A stretch of 64,000 nucleotides of DNA from the NCBI RefSeq assembly GCF_009914755.1, contig NC_060944.1; one strand, written 5' to 3'. This document shows, one piece after another, positions 42,427 to 57,338 of this stretch. The translations under genes were made by a program, and so were the position numbers. The DNA is from the human T2T-CHM13v2.0 reference genome, Homo sapiens. The number at the start of each line of letters is the position of its first letter. Within the stretch, counting starts at the first letter, position 1. A model generated the notes under the pieces. It was given only the letters and a program-made list of their open reading frames with translations. It ran no database searches and was not told where the DNA came from.

Positions 42427-45051
42427 TTATTTCTCATGCCCCAAGTTCTGCATTATACTTAGAAATTCCTGGATACTTGACATGTGCTGTTCATGTTCCT
42501 TTCTTGCTTTCTGGTCTGTGATTTCTGGACTTACAGGTCACATTCCAAGCTTTCATCTTTCATTTCTAAGTGTCTACCTTTATTTTTCAAATAAAGACAA
42601 ACAGCTGTATTACTTATAGAGTAAATCAAATGGGACACTTATTCGGCAATCCTCTTTCATGTTAAACATGCTAAATTAAAATTTTAAAATCAAGGGGTTT
42701 GTTCAAGATGTTGGCAATTAAATCTATCAAATGAGCCCATGGCTGGAGCTCCTCAAAATAACAGCTAACAAAGTTACTGCACCTGTAAAATAAAGTCATA
42801 GCCAGTTAGCAGCTCAGGACAAAGTTGAACCAGAAATTGGTTTTGTGCAAGTTGATTAACAAGTAGTGTATAGAAGGAAAAAAACAAAGGAAGGGTTTGG
42901 CTATCAAGTGTTGACAATAGAGGTCCTCCTCTGGAAAGACTTAGATAAACTTTGGGAATCAGTGAGACAAGGCTAAAGAATCTTGCTCCTCCAAGTATTC
43001 AGAGGGACCTGAACACACTGTTTAGCTCATTGACAAACAGAGATAAGACAGAAAAAATGCATTCAACTGCCTCATTATTTCATACGAATTTGTGATAATT
43101 ATCATGGCACTTTTGCTGATTTTCATTTGTTCCTAAGTAACCATCTGATAGAAATGGGAAAGCCAGAAAATGTGCAGATTCCCTGGAATGGCTATGACTC
43201 TGAGAAGGAAGGAGATCCCTTGGGATTCCTGTTTCACCTGGTTCTTATCCACTCTAATCTCTTGTAAACATGAAGAGCAGTCATTCTTATCTTACTCCAC
43301 ATAGGATAACTTCTATAGTTATCAATTTCTAAGAAGGATGACATTGTTAATACAGAGCCAAGTCCTTGTAGTAAAAACCCCCCTAATGGTTTAGGGGTCA
43401 TGTTAAATTATCTGTGACTATTAAGGTTCAACTGGCTTAAATTCTAAAATGTCCTTCTAAATAGATTTCTCTCATTCTCCTCATTGTTGAATAGCTCTCA
43501 ACTATTTCATGCCCCAGTAGGCCCACATTCCTATTTGAAGTGCATATCTGGGTAGCAGATTAAGAGAAAAAGGATAGAGGCAAAGTTTAAATTTGCCAAA
43601 AAGATTTTTTTTAATTTGACAATTTTTCCCCATGTCTCCTCATCAGTCCATAACTAGAAATAAATCCTGGCCAAACTGCATTTGTATGCTCCCTAATGTC
43701 TTTCATATCCATATCACTTGCTCTCTGTTATCTGTATACTTTTTTGATCTATCAACTGTCTTTCTCTACACCAGGTGAGTTAGTTAGCCACAAAAGGATC
43801 CAGCTATTCATCTGGCAGTCATCTAAGTATTCAGTATTAAGAGGTGGAGCTGCTGTCTTTTGCTTCACCTACTATACTCTTTTCTATCTCTGTAATTAGA
43901 TTTCCTGATGAAAGTGAAGTTGCAGTGGGGACAGATGTTCTTAAAATTAAAAAGAAAAAAAAAGGTTGAGGACCAGAGAAAGCACATAAACATGGGGATG
44001 GTTTACGTTATTAAAAATGAAGATCATGTGCTTTGGATTTCATACACGTTTCTGATTAAAATAAACTAAAATAAACCTCTGACTCCAACAAAACTTCATT
44101 TTCTTGCAGGGATAAGAGAAAAGAAGTGGGCATGAGAGAGACGTGTCCCATTACACTTAGTGAATATTCTCTACAGCTACTTAAAGGAGGATCAGGGATT
44201 CTTCAGTAAAATTTTTCTGCTGAACTCTTCAAGTAGTTATAGCAAAGAGAAGTCTTCAACTAGAGAAGGTTGAGAAGTGTCAGTTCTTTCTTTCTTCTAA
44301 TGCTCTGATCCAAATAGGATGAGTTTATCTTCAATCAGATTCTGATTGCTGTGCCATAAATAAAATAAAATACAATATAATGAAATAAAGTAAAAAAAAA
44401 TGAAGCAGAATAAAAGTCCTCTTATGATCTTCCTATCACAACATACAGATCTTAAGTATCAATCTTCTTCACCTGTACACATTGGTCCCATCCATCAATT
44501 TTATCATGGAGTTGGCTTAAAAATGAGGATACATCTTGTCCTTCACTACACATGATGGATTCCAGATGTTCAGATTAAATAATGGTGCTCCCCTGTAGAC
44601 ATAATGGACCATAGCAGCAATGTAACTAAGCAAAATGAGCAAACCAGGCCCTGCAAATGATCTTAATTATTTCAACTATGAGGGACAGAAAAGCACTGGG
44701 TAATACAACAAATAGCCCTTTGAAAGAGCAAAAAAAAAAAGGCCTGGTAATTTACATTTAAGTCAAACCTGCTCCCTGCAAAGTATAATGTGTGTAATAA
44801 TTCAGGAAGAAATCTAGCACTATACCATTTTCATAATTAGTATTCTATGTCAAGTCTCTAGCAGCAAGTAGCATATAAATCACGATGTTAATATTGGTCT
44901 GCTTTTCAATTTATTTAATGATATTCTACAGTCAAAGATTTATTGCTAAAAATACGAATGTGCTTTTACATCATTCAAGATGTATCTGTGCTTCCAGCAT
45001 TTGAAAAGGCAGCTACAAATGTCAGAATTTAGGTAAGTCAGATTTATACAG

Positions 45052-45099
45052 CACACACACATACACACACACACACACACACACGCACACACACACACA
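45052..45099. repeat. (CA)n microsatellite
   Basis: About 24 units with two interruptions. Confidence 0.95.
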
Positions 45100-46780
45100 G
45101 AGAGTGACGTATGGAAACAAGTCTATATCTTTATTTGTACTTTCCATGATTAAGAGAAAGTACAGATTATATTCTACTTGGTATAATATTACTTAAATAC
45201 AATCTTCCAGGCCTGGGAAAATGAAGTAAAATTGAAGTTCATGTCAAGCTGGCCAAAAGGTGAGTTCTACCCCAGAAATCTTTTGTGGTTGTCTACTAAG
45301 CCATAAATTAATCTGTCCGAATCATTGACACTCATCCACAAAGCACAGGTGGTAGTCTCCTTTCATACACACCAAAGAGAGCTAGATAAAAATAAATTGT
45401 GCTGCCATTAAAAACATGCCAAAATAATATTTTTCCCATCTGCTAAGTCCAGCCCCAGTGGTAAGTGAACTAACAGGTTTCTACACTCACACTTGATGAA
45501 CAGGCACCACAGCAATTAATTAACATTAAAACAACAAGAGTCAATTGGATTTCTCCCTTTTAGACATTTGTTAAAGCCAAAAGCAGAATACATACCCTGT
45601 GTAACATTCAGCCTTGTGGGTCTTCAGATGTGGCTGCTCTAAAGCCCATTTTTATCTAAATATTTACAACAAAGTTGGTCTGCTGAACAGCCGTATCAAG
45701 GGGGACTCTATGTCCCAGGTTCCACGCTGCCAAAGCCATGACCCACAGACTCCTCACAGCTTGGCTTGCCTCATTCTCCTGATACCCACACTACAAACAA
45801 GGACTATCCAAGGGCAAAGTCTATTTTTTGCATTCAACCAGTTAGTTAAAAATAAACTTTACAGTTTCCTTCCCATTAAAAAATATATGCCAGGCAAATA
45901 TAAATATATTAAGATGTTGCTATGAAGGGCATTAGAAAATCCAAAAAGAGATGAGTCTTGGCTCTGAAAAGCCATTAATAATCTTTAATCTCATCACAAG
46001 TGCCTAGGAGAATGTTAAACCTTTATAGAAATTAATTGGTTTATGGTTTAAGAAGTTTGAATAAATAATTTAGAGAATAGGAAATCTAGCAAAGATAATG
46101 CTCCAAAAAGGCCAGGAAAATGTTAGTAGTACATCCTTTCCAACTTCCAAGGGAGATATAACTCTACTATTTAAGTTGTTCAAAACTCTGAGAAATAAGT
46201 TAACTCCTAAAAGTATTTTTAAAAGCCAGCATAACACTGAGTCTTCATGACTTCTAAAGTGGAAAAATATCAAAATCAGGGCATTAGAGACAGTGGATAA
46301 AAACAAATACATTGATTCCTCTCTGTGTTTATAGCTCTTCATTTTGAGTTGCGTCTCAGCAGGTAAATCTATATGCAGAGGGAAGAAAGAGTATACATGC
46401 AAATAGCATGCCTATGGGCCATGACAAAAAGAGACCCAAGTTCCTGTTCAATTAAGTTGTTGTGTCCTGAGTTTGCTCTGGTAACCCATCTCAGGGAGGC
46501 CAGGAACTGGCAGAAAGAGGTTTCTATGTTTTATCTCCCTTCTCTTGCCATACGTTCCGTTCCCTTCTCCTTTTTCCCTCTCCTTCGTTTCTTCCTTCTG
46601 CATTCTTTTTCTTCCTTCTCTAAGCCTTTGCTGGGATGCTACTAAATAAGATTGATCCGATAAGGAGAACAACTCCCACCTATTCCCTTATGCCAAGTCT
46701 TTGGAATGGGGTAATTTGTTGAGTGGAGGCTCAACCCAGAGGAGTTGCTTTCAGCAGATCGTCAATTGCCATTGTGAATA

Positions 46781-47096
46781 CAGTCCCATACAATCATATG
46801 CATATTTGAGACCCACTCAGATACCAAAATCCATGAATGCTCAAGTCCCTTTTATAAAACGGGGTAACATTTGCCTATAACTTACCCATATCCTCCTATA
46901 TATTTTAAATTGTCTCTAGATTACTTCTGATAACAAGTACAATGTAAATGCTATGTGATTAGTTATACTGTATTGTTTTCTATTTGTACTATTTTTAATT
47001 GTTGTTTTATTTTTATTAATGTTTCTTCCTGAATATTTTTGATCTGCTGTTGATTGAATCTGCAAATGCACAACCAGGGATATGGAGGGCTGACTC
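46781..47096. mobile_element. MER2 (TcMar-Tigger MITE)
   Basis: 'gataccaaaatccatgaatgctcaagtccctt', 'tacaatgtaaatgctatgt', end 'gatatggagggctgact'; TA flanks. Confidence 0.9.
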
Positions 47097-47180
47097 TATA
47101 CCTTAAATCATGTACATCAATCAATCAATCTATCTATCTCCATTTAAATCCAGTATATTTTAATTAATTCCATGAATATC

Positions 47181-47716
47181 TATGGCAGATTTCCAAAGAC
47201 AGCTGCAATAACATCTCCAGTGCCACACATTCTTCCAGAGCCTTGCCTTTCCTCCATCAAGAGAGGATGTCTAATTATCCCCTTGAATCTGTGATTTACT
47301 GCTAACCAATAGAATACAGCAGAGGTAACACTGAGTGACTTTTAATTCTAGATCATAAAAGGTGTTGCAACTAGGATACTTGCTTTTGGAGACCACATAA
47401 GAACCCTGACCTCCCCAAGACTACCAGGTAAACAGGCCACATATAGTAGGCACTCTTATTAACAGACCCAGCTGAACCTCAGCCAATTGTCATGACCAAC
47501 TGCCAGCCAGGTAAGAGAGCCTTCTCAAACATCCTACCTAGTGGAGCTTCCAGATGGCTGCAGTCCCAGGTAACATCTACTGCAACCGTATGTGAGACCC
47601 TGAGCTAAAGTTGCCTACTTAAGATAATCCCAAATTCATGATCTACAAAACCATGAGCATGTCTTAAGTCCCCAAGCTTTGGGATAATTTGTTACTCAGC
47701 AATGGTAACTGGAACA
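47181..47716. mobile_element. MLT1 (G-like) solo LTR
   Basis: 'taaccaatagaatacagcagaggtaacactgagtgactt', terminal 'tttgggataatttgttactcagcaatggtaactggaaca'. Confidence 0.8.
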
Positions 47717-47906
47717 GCCTTAATATTTCAAGGGATGACTTCTCATTAGAGTTCATTGGCATAAAGCATATACAGCTTGGACAAAATTGTACAGGACAAC
47801 TTAAATATAATTATATTTTATATGAGTAAAGTTTTAGGTTTTGTATTCAAAGCATCTTCAACAACATCAAAGATACATATGCATGATAGCTATTTTTCCT
47901 ACTTTC

Positions 47907-48167
<261 letters not shown>

Positions 48168-48416
48168 TAATATCTTCTGACCTCCAGTCAAGTCATCCTT
48201 CTATCTGAACTGGCCATATTGGTCGCTGAGAAAACACAAGGAAGGAAGGAGATGAAAGTACAAGAAAGGTGAAGAATTTGGGTGTTACTTGAGAATGCCT
48301 CAGTTTTCATTTTAAGTAACTACCAAAAATAACTTTGGTAGTTTATATTATCTAACATATTTTTATAACAAATATCTATTTTTTCTAGGTTAATATTTAT
48401 TTTATGAATAGGAATG

Positions 48417-49781
<1,365 letters not shown>

Positions 49782-49961
49782 TCAATAAGTATACTATTGG
49801 TTTTCTAAAGTGTACAATTTGCTTTTTTAAAAAATGTTTTATTTAGAATGTTATTCACATATTAATCTAAATCCCATCTTTTTGGCAAATAACTTTGAGT
49901 ATCTTTAGACAATTTTTGAATACCTGAGTTTCTTTCTCTCTCTGTCTATATATATATATAA

Positions 49962-50315
<354 letters not shown>

Positions 50316-52171
50316 TGATTGTCTCAGTATATGGTCTTGAATACAGGAAAATAATTGCATTAACTTTTGAGTTTGTTATTTTATTAGCTACAAGCTGTGA
50401 AGTAATCTATGATTCAGCTTGCTTTTACTTCTCTGCCCTTGTAGGGGGATGATCTAGCTGATGACAACCTGGCAGATTTATGTCTAGGGAGAATCAGTCC
50501 CACCCTGTGTGGGTGTTGGCTTAAATGGCTCTAGTCCCTCTGGTGCAAAGAGGTCCTGTCACCTCAGCAAGCAAGGAGGACAAGTTGGAGCCAGCTAACA
50601 TCCGTCAGGAACTCCACGGCCAAAGGCATGATGTGGAGGGAAGAACTGAGTTCACTGTCAACTATACTAAATTGAAGGGAAAAATAATGTAAGTTAGGTC
50701 ATCAACTTGGTCCCAATCTTAAGGAGAAAATTGCTGGTGGTAAAATAGCACCAGACTCTGTCCTTTAGTTGTGAAGTCACGTTAGCATATCTATGCTAAT
50801 GTCAGTTACTATAGCAAGGCTGGCATGCATATTGTTCTGATTTGGCATAATAGGTGGGGTAAAAATTGCATTTACCCATTGAAAACTTTGATGGAGACTT
50901 CCTAAGGAAAGTGACCAGAGCCAGAGGATCCAGAGTCTAACTCAGACCCTCAGTCATTTTACACTTTTGATTTATTTTTTTTCCAATGGAAACAATTTCC
51001 ACTTTTTTTCCAATGAAAAATAAGAGATTTTAAAGGACATTCTGAGTCCCAAAAAACATCTTCATTCTTTTGGAATGCTTTTGAACATACAAGGTACTAA
51101 CTTGCAAATTAAACAGATGATTTTTAGATTGGAGTCTTAACTACCCTTAAGCTAACAAATTCATAGGCGGAAAAGAAGATACTCTTTTGTACAGCTAACG
51201 TCTCTTGCAAAACAATGCTTTCTTGAGTTCAGTGCAAATCCATTAGAAACATAAACATTAAACTGCCCCTTAAATACATATGTGTTCATATGGGAGAGGT
51301 GTTGATGTATATTTAGCCTTTTATCAAAACCCTTAATATTAGAAAAAGAGGTATATATTTGAGAAAATCAAAATCGATGTTGTAGTCACATTTTCAGACA
51401 AATGTGATGTATAGTGTGAACATTGCAATATGTTTGGTATGTATTTCTACAGCTGGATTTGCCTTGAGTTCAGAAAGGAGGTAGCTAATGGACTGATGGT
51501 GTTTGACAAGTTATGGTTTAGGGTGTAATAATGTTTAGGCTTGAGAATTCTTATCGACCTTCTGAAATGCTGTACTTTTTAATTTGGAAGAGTTAAACAT
51601 GTATTTTAATATCAACAAAAACAATGTGTATATATAATATGTCTCTTTATCTAATCTACCTATTAATATCTAGATATCTGATTGAATGGCAAGACATCCT
51701 CATGTTAATGAAGGGAAGGCCTAGTGAATTAGCTAAGGTGAGGAGTCCTTCCCCTGCAGGAAAGAGTATATTTGCAAAGACAGGTCAGGTCTGAGTCACA
51801 ATTTTTGGGTTAGTGGCAAGCTGATGAAGTCAATCCAGCTTCATGTTCTCCTGACTAATGCAAGATTTGGGTCAGAGTCCAGGCCCTGCCTCTATGGAGA
51901 GAACAGGCAAGGGCAGGCAAAGTAGTGTGAACAGAGACCTAATTTAAGCTCAAATCCTTTGTCGTTCAACAAAAGAGTGAGGGGATTTTATGTTAGAGTT
52001 GGGGTGAAAAATAGAAGCAACCAATTTTCTTGCAGTAAATGCAATCGAAACCATTTCTGAAGTTTCCATGAACTTAGGAGATCTCTTTAATTTGTACAGC
52101 AACCTCTGGATTTGCTGCTTTTGGTTAGAAAGGTTGGAAGATTCTGCAAACTTTGTGGTAGGTCACCTAAG

Positions 52172-52324
52172 CCAGTGCTTTTCAAAGTTCTATGTGCACA
52201 TAAATGCTTGAGGATTTTGTTGAAGTTTCTGATTCAGTTGGTGTGGATTAGGTCCCATGGATTTTCCTTTCTCCCAGGTGAAACTGATGCTGCTAATCTG
52301 GAGATCACCCTACGAGCAGCAAGG
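52172..52324. mobile_element. MER5A
   Basis: 'cagtgcttttcaaag...tctgattcagttggt...cccaggtgaaactgatgctgct'. Confidence 0.7.
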
Positions 52325-52363
52325 ACACCAGTAATTCTGTCTGCATATTTTAATCACATTGGG

Positions 52364-52542
52364 AGGGCTGCCCGATTTCAGCATTATCTGTTGCTCATCT
52401 GAAATTTCAGATGAGCAACAAATAATTTTTTAAATATAAGTATGCCCAATGCAAATATTTGGGATATATTTGTAATAAAAAATATTTTTGTCTATCTGAA
52501 ATTCGAAGACATTGGCGTCTTCCATTTTACCTGGAAGCCCTA
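52364..52542. mobile_element. MER53 (palindromic hAT-type MITE) nested in a MER5B-like element (~52328-52680)
   Basis: TIRs agggctgcc.../...ggaagccct; core 'aatttcagat...tataagtatgcccaatgcaaatatttgggatata...tatctgaaattc'. Confidence 0.85.
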
Positions 52543-53024
52543 CGTGAGGAATATGTTAAAATAGCTAAATCTTGAATTACTGCCCGAGATATTCAAATTT
52601 AATTAGTCTGGGTTTCAGCCTGAGCATAAGTACTTTACAAAATACCCCCGGAGTTTTAATGAGCAATTGAGAGCCACTGATTAAAACTCAACCCATATTA
52701 AACAGGTGAGGAAACTGAAGTCCAAGGTGTCATAGAAGATAGTGGTAAAATGGGGATGAAAATTTAGGATTTTCCGGTACTCTTTGTCCTCTACCCCCTC
52801 CATCTTGACTGTTAAACAGTAGAAAACATGTTTCTCCTTTTGAAGCTTAAGGGGTAGCCTCCTTTGAGAACTCTATTTGCTCTTAGGTCTCTGAAGTTGG
52901 GGGTCATCTCCCCTAATGTAAGTCACTCCATTAAATTCTGTAGTTCTCACCCTAGAAAGCGTTAGAGATCTGCCTTTTATGAATCTTACTCATGAATGCT
53001 TTAAAGTTCATTTATCCTAATTGT

Positions 53025-53178
53025 TAACTCCATATCTGGGAGCTTTAAAAAACACTAATGTCTGGATGCCACCCTCAGAGATTCTGATACAATTGGTCTG
53101 GGGTGCAGCATAAGCACTGGAATTTTTGGAAAGCTTCCCGAGTGATTCTAATGCTCAGGCAGAGAAGAACAGTACTGC
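53025..53178. mobile_element. MER5B-like fragment
   Basis: 'gggagctttaaaaaacactaatgtctggatgccaccctcagagattctgat...gtgattctaatg'. Confidence 0.75.
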
Positions 53179-54850
53179 TTTCTCAGACTCTTTAAATGCA
53201 GTGGACCTGGGGCCTGTAACTCTAAAGTTGTCTGTAAGTGGCGGGTCCAGCTGAGCCCATCGCAGATGTGTGTAAATCAGCAACTTCAAAGGCTGGAAAT
53301 GCTGAGCTTGACTGCAGGGTAAACCTGGAATGCCTCATATGTTATTCTTTCAAGACTTGTCAAAGCATTTGAATCAGTTCTAATTAAAAAACACATAGTT
53401 TCCTTAGATTCCAGAGTCTTAAAATACCTATATGAGCCGTGTATGTATTTCCACTGGTTCTAGGATATCCTGTTTCTCTGATGGAATGAAGAATAAATAG
53501 TTATTTTACAAAAATAAAAAATAAAAAAAGAGAGGTAGGAGATGGGGAGGTGGGGAAAAAGCGAGCATTTGCTTATTCTGAGCTTTCTAACTAGCAGTTT
53601 CAAGGTGCTAGGAAACCCACCCTAACCCTCACTCTTTCCAAGTGATCTTGTACCTTTTCCCATTCATTTGAAGAAAGTAGAGCAGGTTCCTGCTTTAGAA
53701 ACAACTGCGTATCAGGCCTTTTGTGAAGAAGAAAGATTTCTTAGCAAAAGTATTTTGGCAGGAACTACGACAACTAGTGAGACCATCTATTTTCTTCCTG
53801 CTTTCTCCTTCAAGAATTGAAATGCAATCAGAGTATCCATGAATGAATCACACTATTTAAGATAGGGATATGGGGGACTTCTGAAGTCTCAAAATTGCAG
53901 ATTGGTAAAAGTGGTAATTGGAGTGCTTATTAATTAGCCTGACCACATTATATGAAACTACCCTATTATATTTCTATAAGCTTGGTGAATTTATTTAGGT
54001 TTAAATAACTGGATCACACAATCACAGGTACACCAACTTGTCCAATTCATATTTTCCAATTCCCAATCCAATTGTTCTTCACAATTAAGACAGATAGACG
54101 CTGATTGTTTTGTTGTATGCTTCTGGTTTTATTATGTAAATAAAATAGACTTTGGTTTACCCCCTTCCAAGTCAACTGAAAGAAGACTCATCTACACAGA
54201 TGGAAAGACTTACTGACTTTGTACAAAGCAAGACCAATCCCCCCATCCAGTTCAACCAACCTGCAAGTACTTAGACTCACCCTGTAAATATGGAAAGCAC
54301 AATGATTCCACAGTAGTTTATCCAAGAGTATTGTAATTTTCAACACATTTCAATATGGCACATTATTAATCTAGAAGGAAAAGTGAAAAGGAAAGATGAC
54401 CATCTTTATTGGATGGGATATTTCTTTATAAATTACCATTTGTCAGAAAGCTTTATTGAGATAAAGCTTAATTTGTGGTTTGATCCCTTTTTATTTTCCT
54501 TTCATCTCTTCTAATCCTCAAACATTTATTTGCCTCAGGGAAGCTCTATATGACAGGTTTAAAAGTGAACATTATTTTTAGACTACCTGGCTTTCAAAGC
54601 TCTGTTTTCCAGAAGCCTTGAAATCAGGGAAGGAGAGAAGGAGACACTCCCAGAAGGTGTTCTGGATATAAGGTGACTAGTAAAGAAGCTAAGACCAAAG
54701 AAAATTTTGCTTTCTCTTGTACTCAAGAGGGCAGAATCCAAGCATGGGCTGTTTCTCCAAGAATTTGAAAAACCCTGAGTTTGGGGCAGAACAGCACTCA
54801 GAGTTTGAAGATGCCAGTTATCAAGAGATTTTCAGGCTTGAGCAAGGAAC

Positions 54851-55473
54851 AGTGTTGCAATATTTTGCAAAGAAAAATACATGACAACCAATTAAATTTG
54901 AATTTCAGGTAAATGTTGAATTACTTTTTAGCATAAGTATGTCCCATGCATTATTTGTGACTAAATGTTCATTTATATTTAAAGCATTATTTATACTAAA
55001 AATTATTCATTATTTTTATGAAATTCACAATTAGCAGATATCTTAGTCTGTGCTAGTATAACAAAATATCACAGACTGGGTAATTTACAAACAATAGGAA
55101 TTTATTGCTCATAATTCTAGAGTCCGGGAAGTGCAAGATCAAGCAACAGTTGTGTTGGTGTCTTAAGGGCTTGTTCTCGGCTTCCAGATGGTGCTTTATT
55201 GCTGCATCCTCTGGAGAAGAATGCTGTGTCCTCACATGGCTGAAGGGGTAGAAGAGCAAGAGAGTATTTCCTTCTATACCTCAGGCACCTTTAGAAGGGT
55301 ACTAATCCCATTCATGAGGATGGAGCCCTCATGGCTTAATCACTAGCCAAAGGCAACACCTCTCAAAGTGGTTGCAATGTGGATTAAGTTTCAATACAAA
55401 AAATACAAATTTTGGAGCACGCACCATCATTTAAACCACAGCAGCAGGTGCCTTTTATTTTATTTGGAAACTA
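54851..55473. mobile_element. MER53 split by an LTR insertion
   Basis: 'aattaaatttgaatttcagg...cataagtatgtcccatgca...atactaaaaattattc' left of the LTR; 'ccttttattttatttggaaacta' terminus right of it. Confidence 0.8.
55039..55443 (-). mobile_element. MST/MLT1A-class MaLR solo LTR
   Basis: 'tcttagtctg...cacagactgggtaattta...aatcccattcatgaggatggagccctcatggcttaatcac...aaaccacagca'; TSD gcaga/gcagg. Confidence 0.9.
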
Positions 55474-55960
55474 TAAGAAGGTGGACTTCATTATTGATTA
55501 TAATGGACTGATAGAGACATGTCCTAGCTTTCATATTTCAGATAGCAAATAAGACTTTGGGAATATTGGGCAAAATTAGGCTAGAGGAATGGCCCTATTC
55601 TATAATGGCTAAGACGTATTTTCCACTAACTGGACAAAAGGAAAACTCAAAAACTATTTAATTGATTTAAAAAAATAAACAAATTTGCTATTTCTTGTAT
55701 ATCAAATCTTTGAAGATTAATACTCACTATAATCTGAATCCCTGTCTGTTGGAGACATGTTTCCCAAGATATCTTGGGTAAGGCATATGGTCACTTTATT
55801 GTAGGTGGATAAAAACATGGGAGAAGAGAATCCTCAAGATTTGCTGTTTTTCCCTCAACAAGATAAGAGGTCATTTATCATACTATAAAAAGAGAGTGGG
55901 AGACTCCTGGAACCATGTTTCTGAAATACGTAAAGCTTGCTGTCACCAGAACCCTGGAGG

Positions 55961-56555
55961 TTTTTTTATTATCTTGTATATTTTATTATTTTTATTTTTA
56001 ATTATTATTGATATATAATAGTATCTTTTTATGGGATCATGTGAAATATTAATAAAAGCATACAGTGTGTAATGATCAAATCAGAGTAATTGGTATACCC
56101 ATTACCTTGAGTATATATTATTTGTGTTAAGAACATTTCAATTCCACACTTCTAGTTATTTTGAAAGATACAATAAGTTAACTATAGTCACCCTATTGTG
56201 CTACTGAATACTAGATATTATTTCTTCTATCTAATTCTGTTTTTGTACCCATTTACCAAACCATCTTTATTCAATCCCCACTTCCTATTACCCTTCCCAG
56301 CCTTGGTATCCATCATTCCATTATCTACCTCCATGAGATTATTCTTTTAGCTTGCATGTATGAGTGAAAACATGCAATATTTGTCCTTCTGTGTCTGGCT
56401 TATTTCACTTAATACCCTCCAGTTCCATCCACATTGTTGCAAATGACAGGATCTGATTCTTTTATATGCCTGAATAGTATTCTATTGTATGTATGTACTA
56501 CATTTTCTTTATCCATTTATCCAGTGATGGAACTTAGGTTGATTCCATATCTTGG
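55961..56555 (-). mobile_element. L1MA 3' end
   Basis: 'tgtgtaatgatcaaatcagagtaattgg', 'tggcttatttcacttaa', 'ttctattgtatgtatgtactacattttctttatcc'. Confidence 0.9.
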
Positions 56556-57169
56556 AACCATAAATTGGTTTTGATGGAAACCCATGTCTCTGGTCAATGA
56601 AAAAAAAATGTAGGTTTTTCTCTGTAAGCTGAATTATGTCACATGGTATACAGCAAATGCATTAAAATTAGGATGGCCATCTTTTCAGGAAAACCTAAAC
56701 ACTAAGTTCCTCTACATGACTTATCTTTCCACATATGTCTTCCTTTATAGTGAAAATAACCTGATACGAGATGGTCATGGATGTGGCCCACTGAACTCAC
56801 CATGCCTCACATTCCCACCTGTGAACAGCAAGGGAGGAATAATATTATAGATGAGACACTTGTTTTTGGAATGGAGCACAGCTGCTGTGTAATGGCCCAG
56901 AGGAACCCCAGCCTGAGACCAGAAGTGAAGGAGAATCCCTGCCTCACTCAATCTGAAAGGGAAATCAAAGCAAGCAGATTCTAGTGTCCCAAGCATCAGG
57001 ACAAGCCAGTCAGGAGGACTAACATCCCTTCTCTCAATGACATTATGCCAAGAGTTTTTGTTTTGTTTTGTTATTTTTTAAAATGAGCAACAGCCTTCAG
57101 ATCCCGAGTTTAAAGGCCTGATGCAGGCCTGAGTCATTGGCACCGCTCTGTAACTCCTCTCTGTTGCAG

Positions 57170-57338
57170 GTGTGCTGCCGGGCTCCTCTGGGTCCAGCCA
57201 AACGCCCTCCCCTTCCTCCTCACTCCCCTCTCTCCACCTGACAATTGTAAAATTTAAGGAGCAGATCCTCTCAGGGTGGTATAGCTTCAGGCACATGAAT
57301 TCTTTCCGGGGCTCTTTGAGCTTGGAAGCAGTTTAAAG
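57170..57338 (+). other. Candidate non-coding (5'UTR or lncRNA) exon
   Basis: tgtaac branch-like motif, ctcctctctgttgcag|G acceptor, AAG|gtaaga donor; 169 nt, locally GC/CpG-richer unique sequence; stop codons in all three frames. Confidence 0.45.

Noticed and set aside
48318-48343. 10-bp inverted repeat aactaccaaa/tttggtagtt with 6-nt loop
   Set aside because: Too short for a pre-miRNA and plausible by chance in AT-rich DNA.
55908-56561. tggaaccat on both sides of the L1MA as a displaced TSD
   Set aside because: Only 9 bp, partly overlapping L1 sequence, and no second poly(A) or polyA signal; insufficient for a transduction call.
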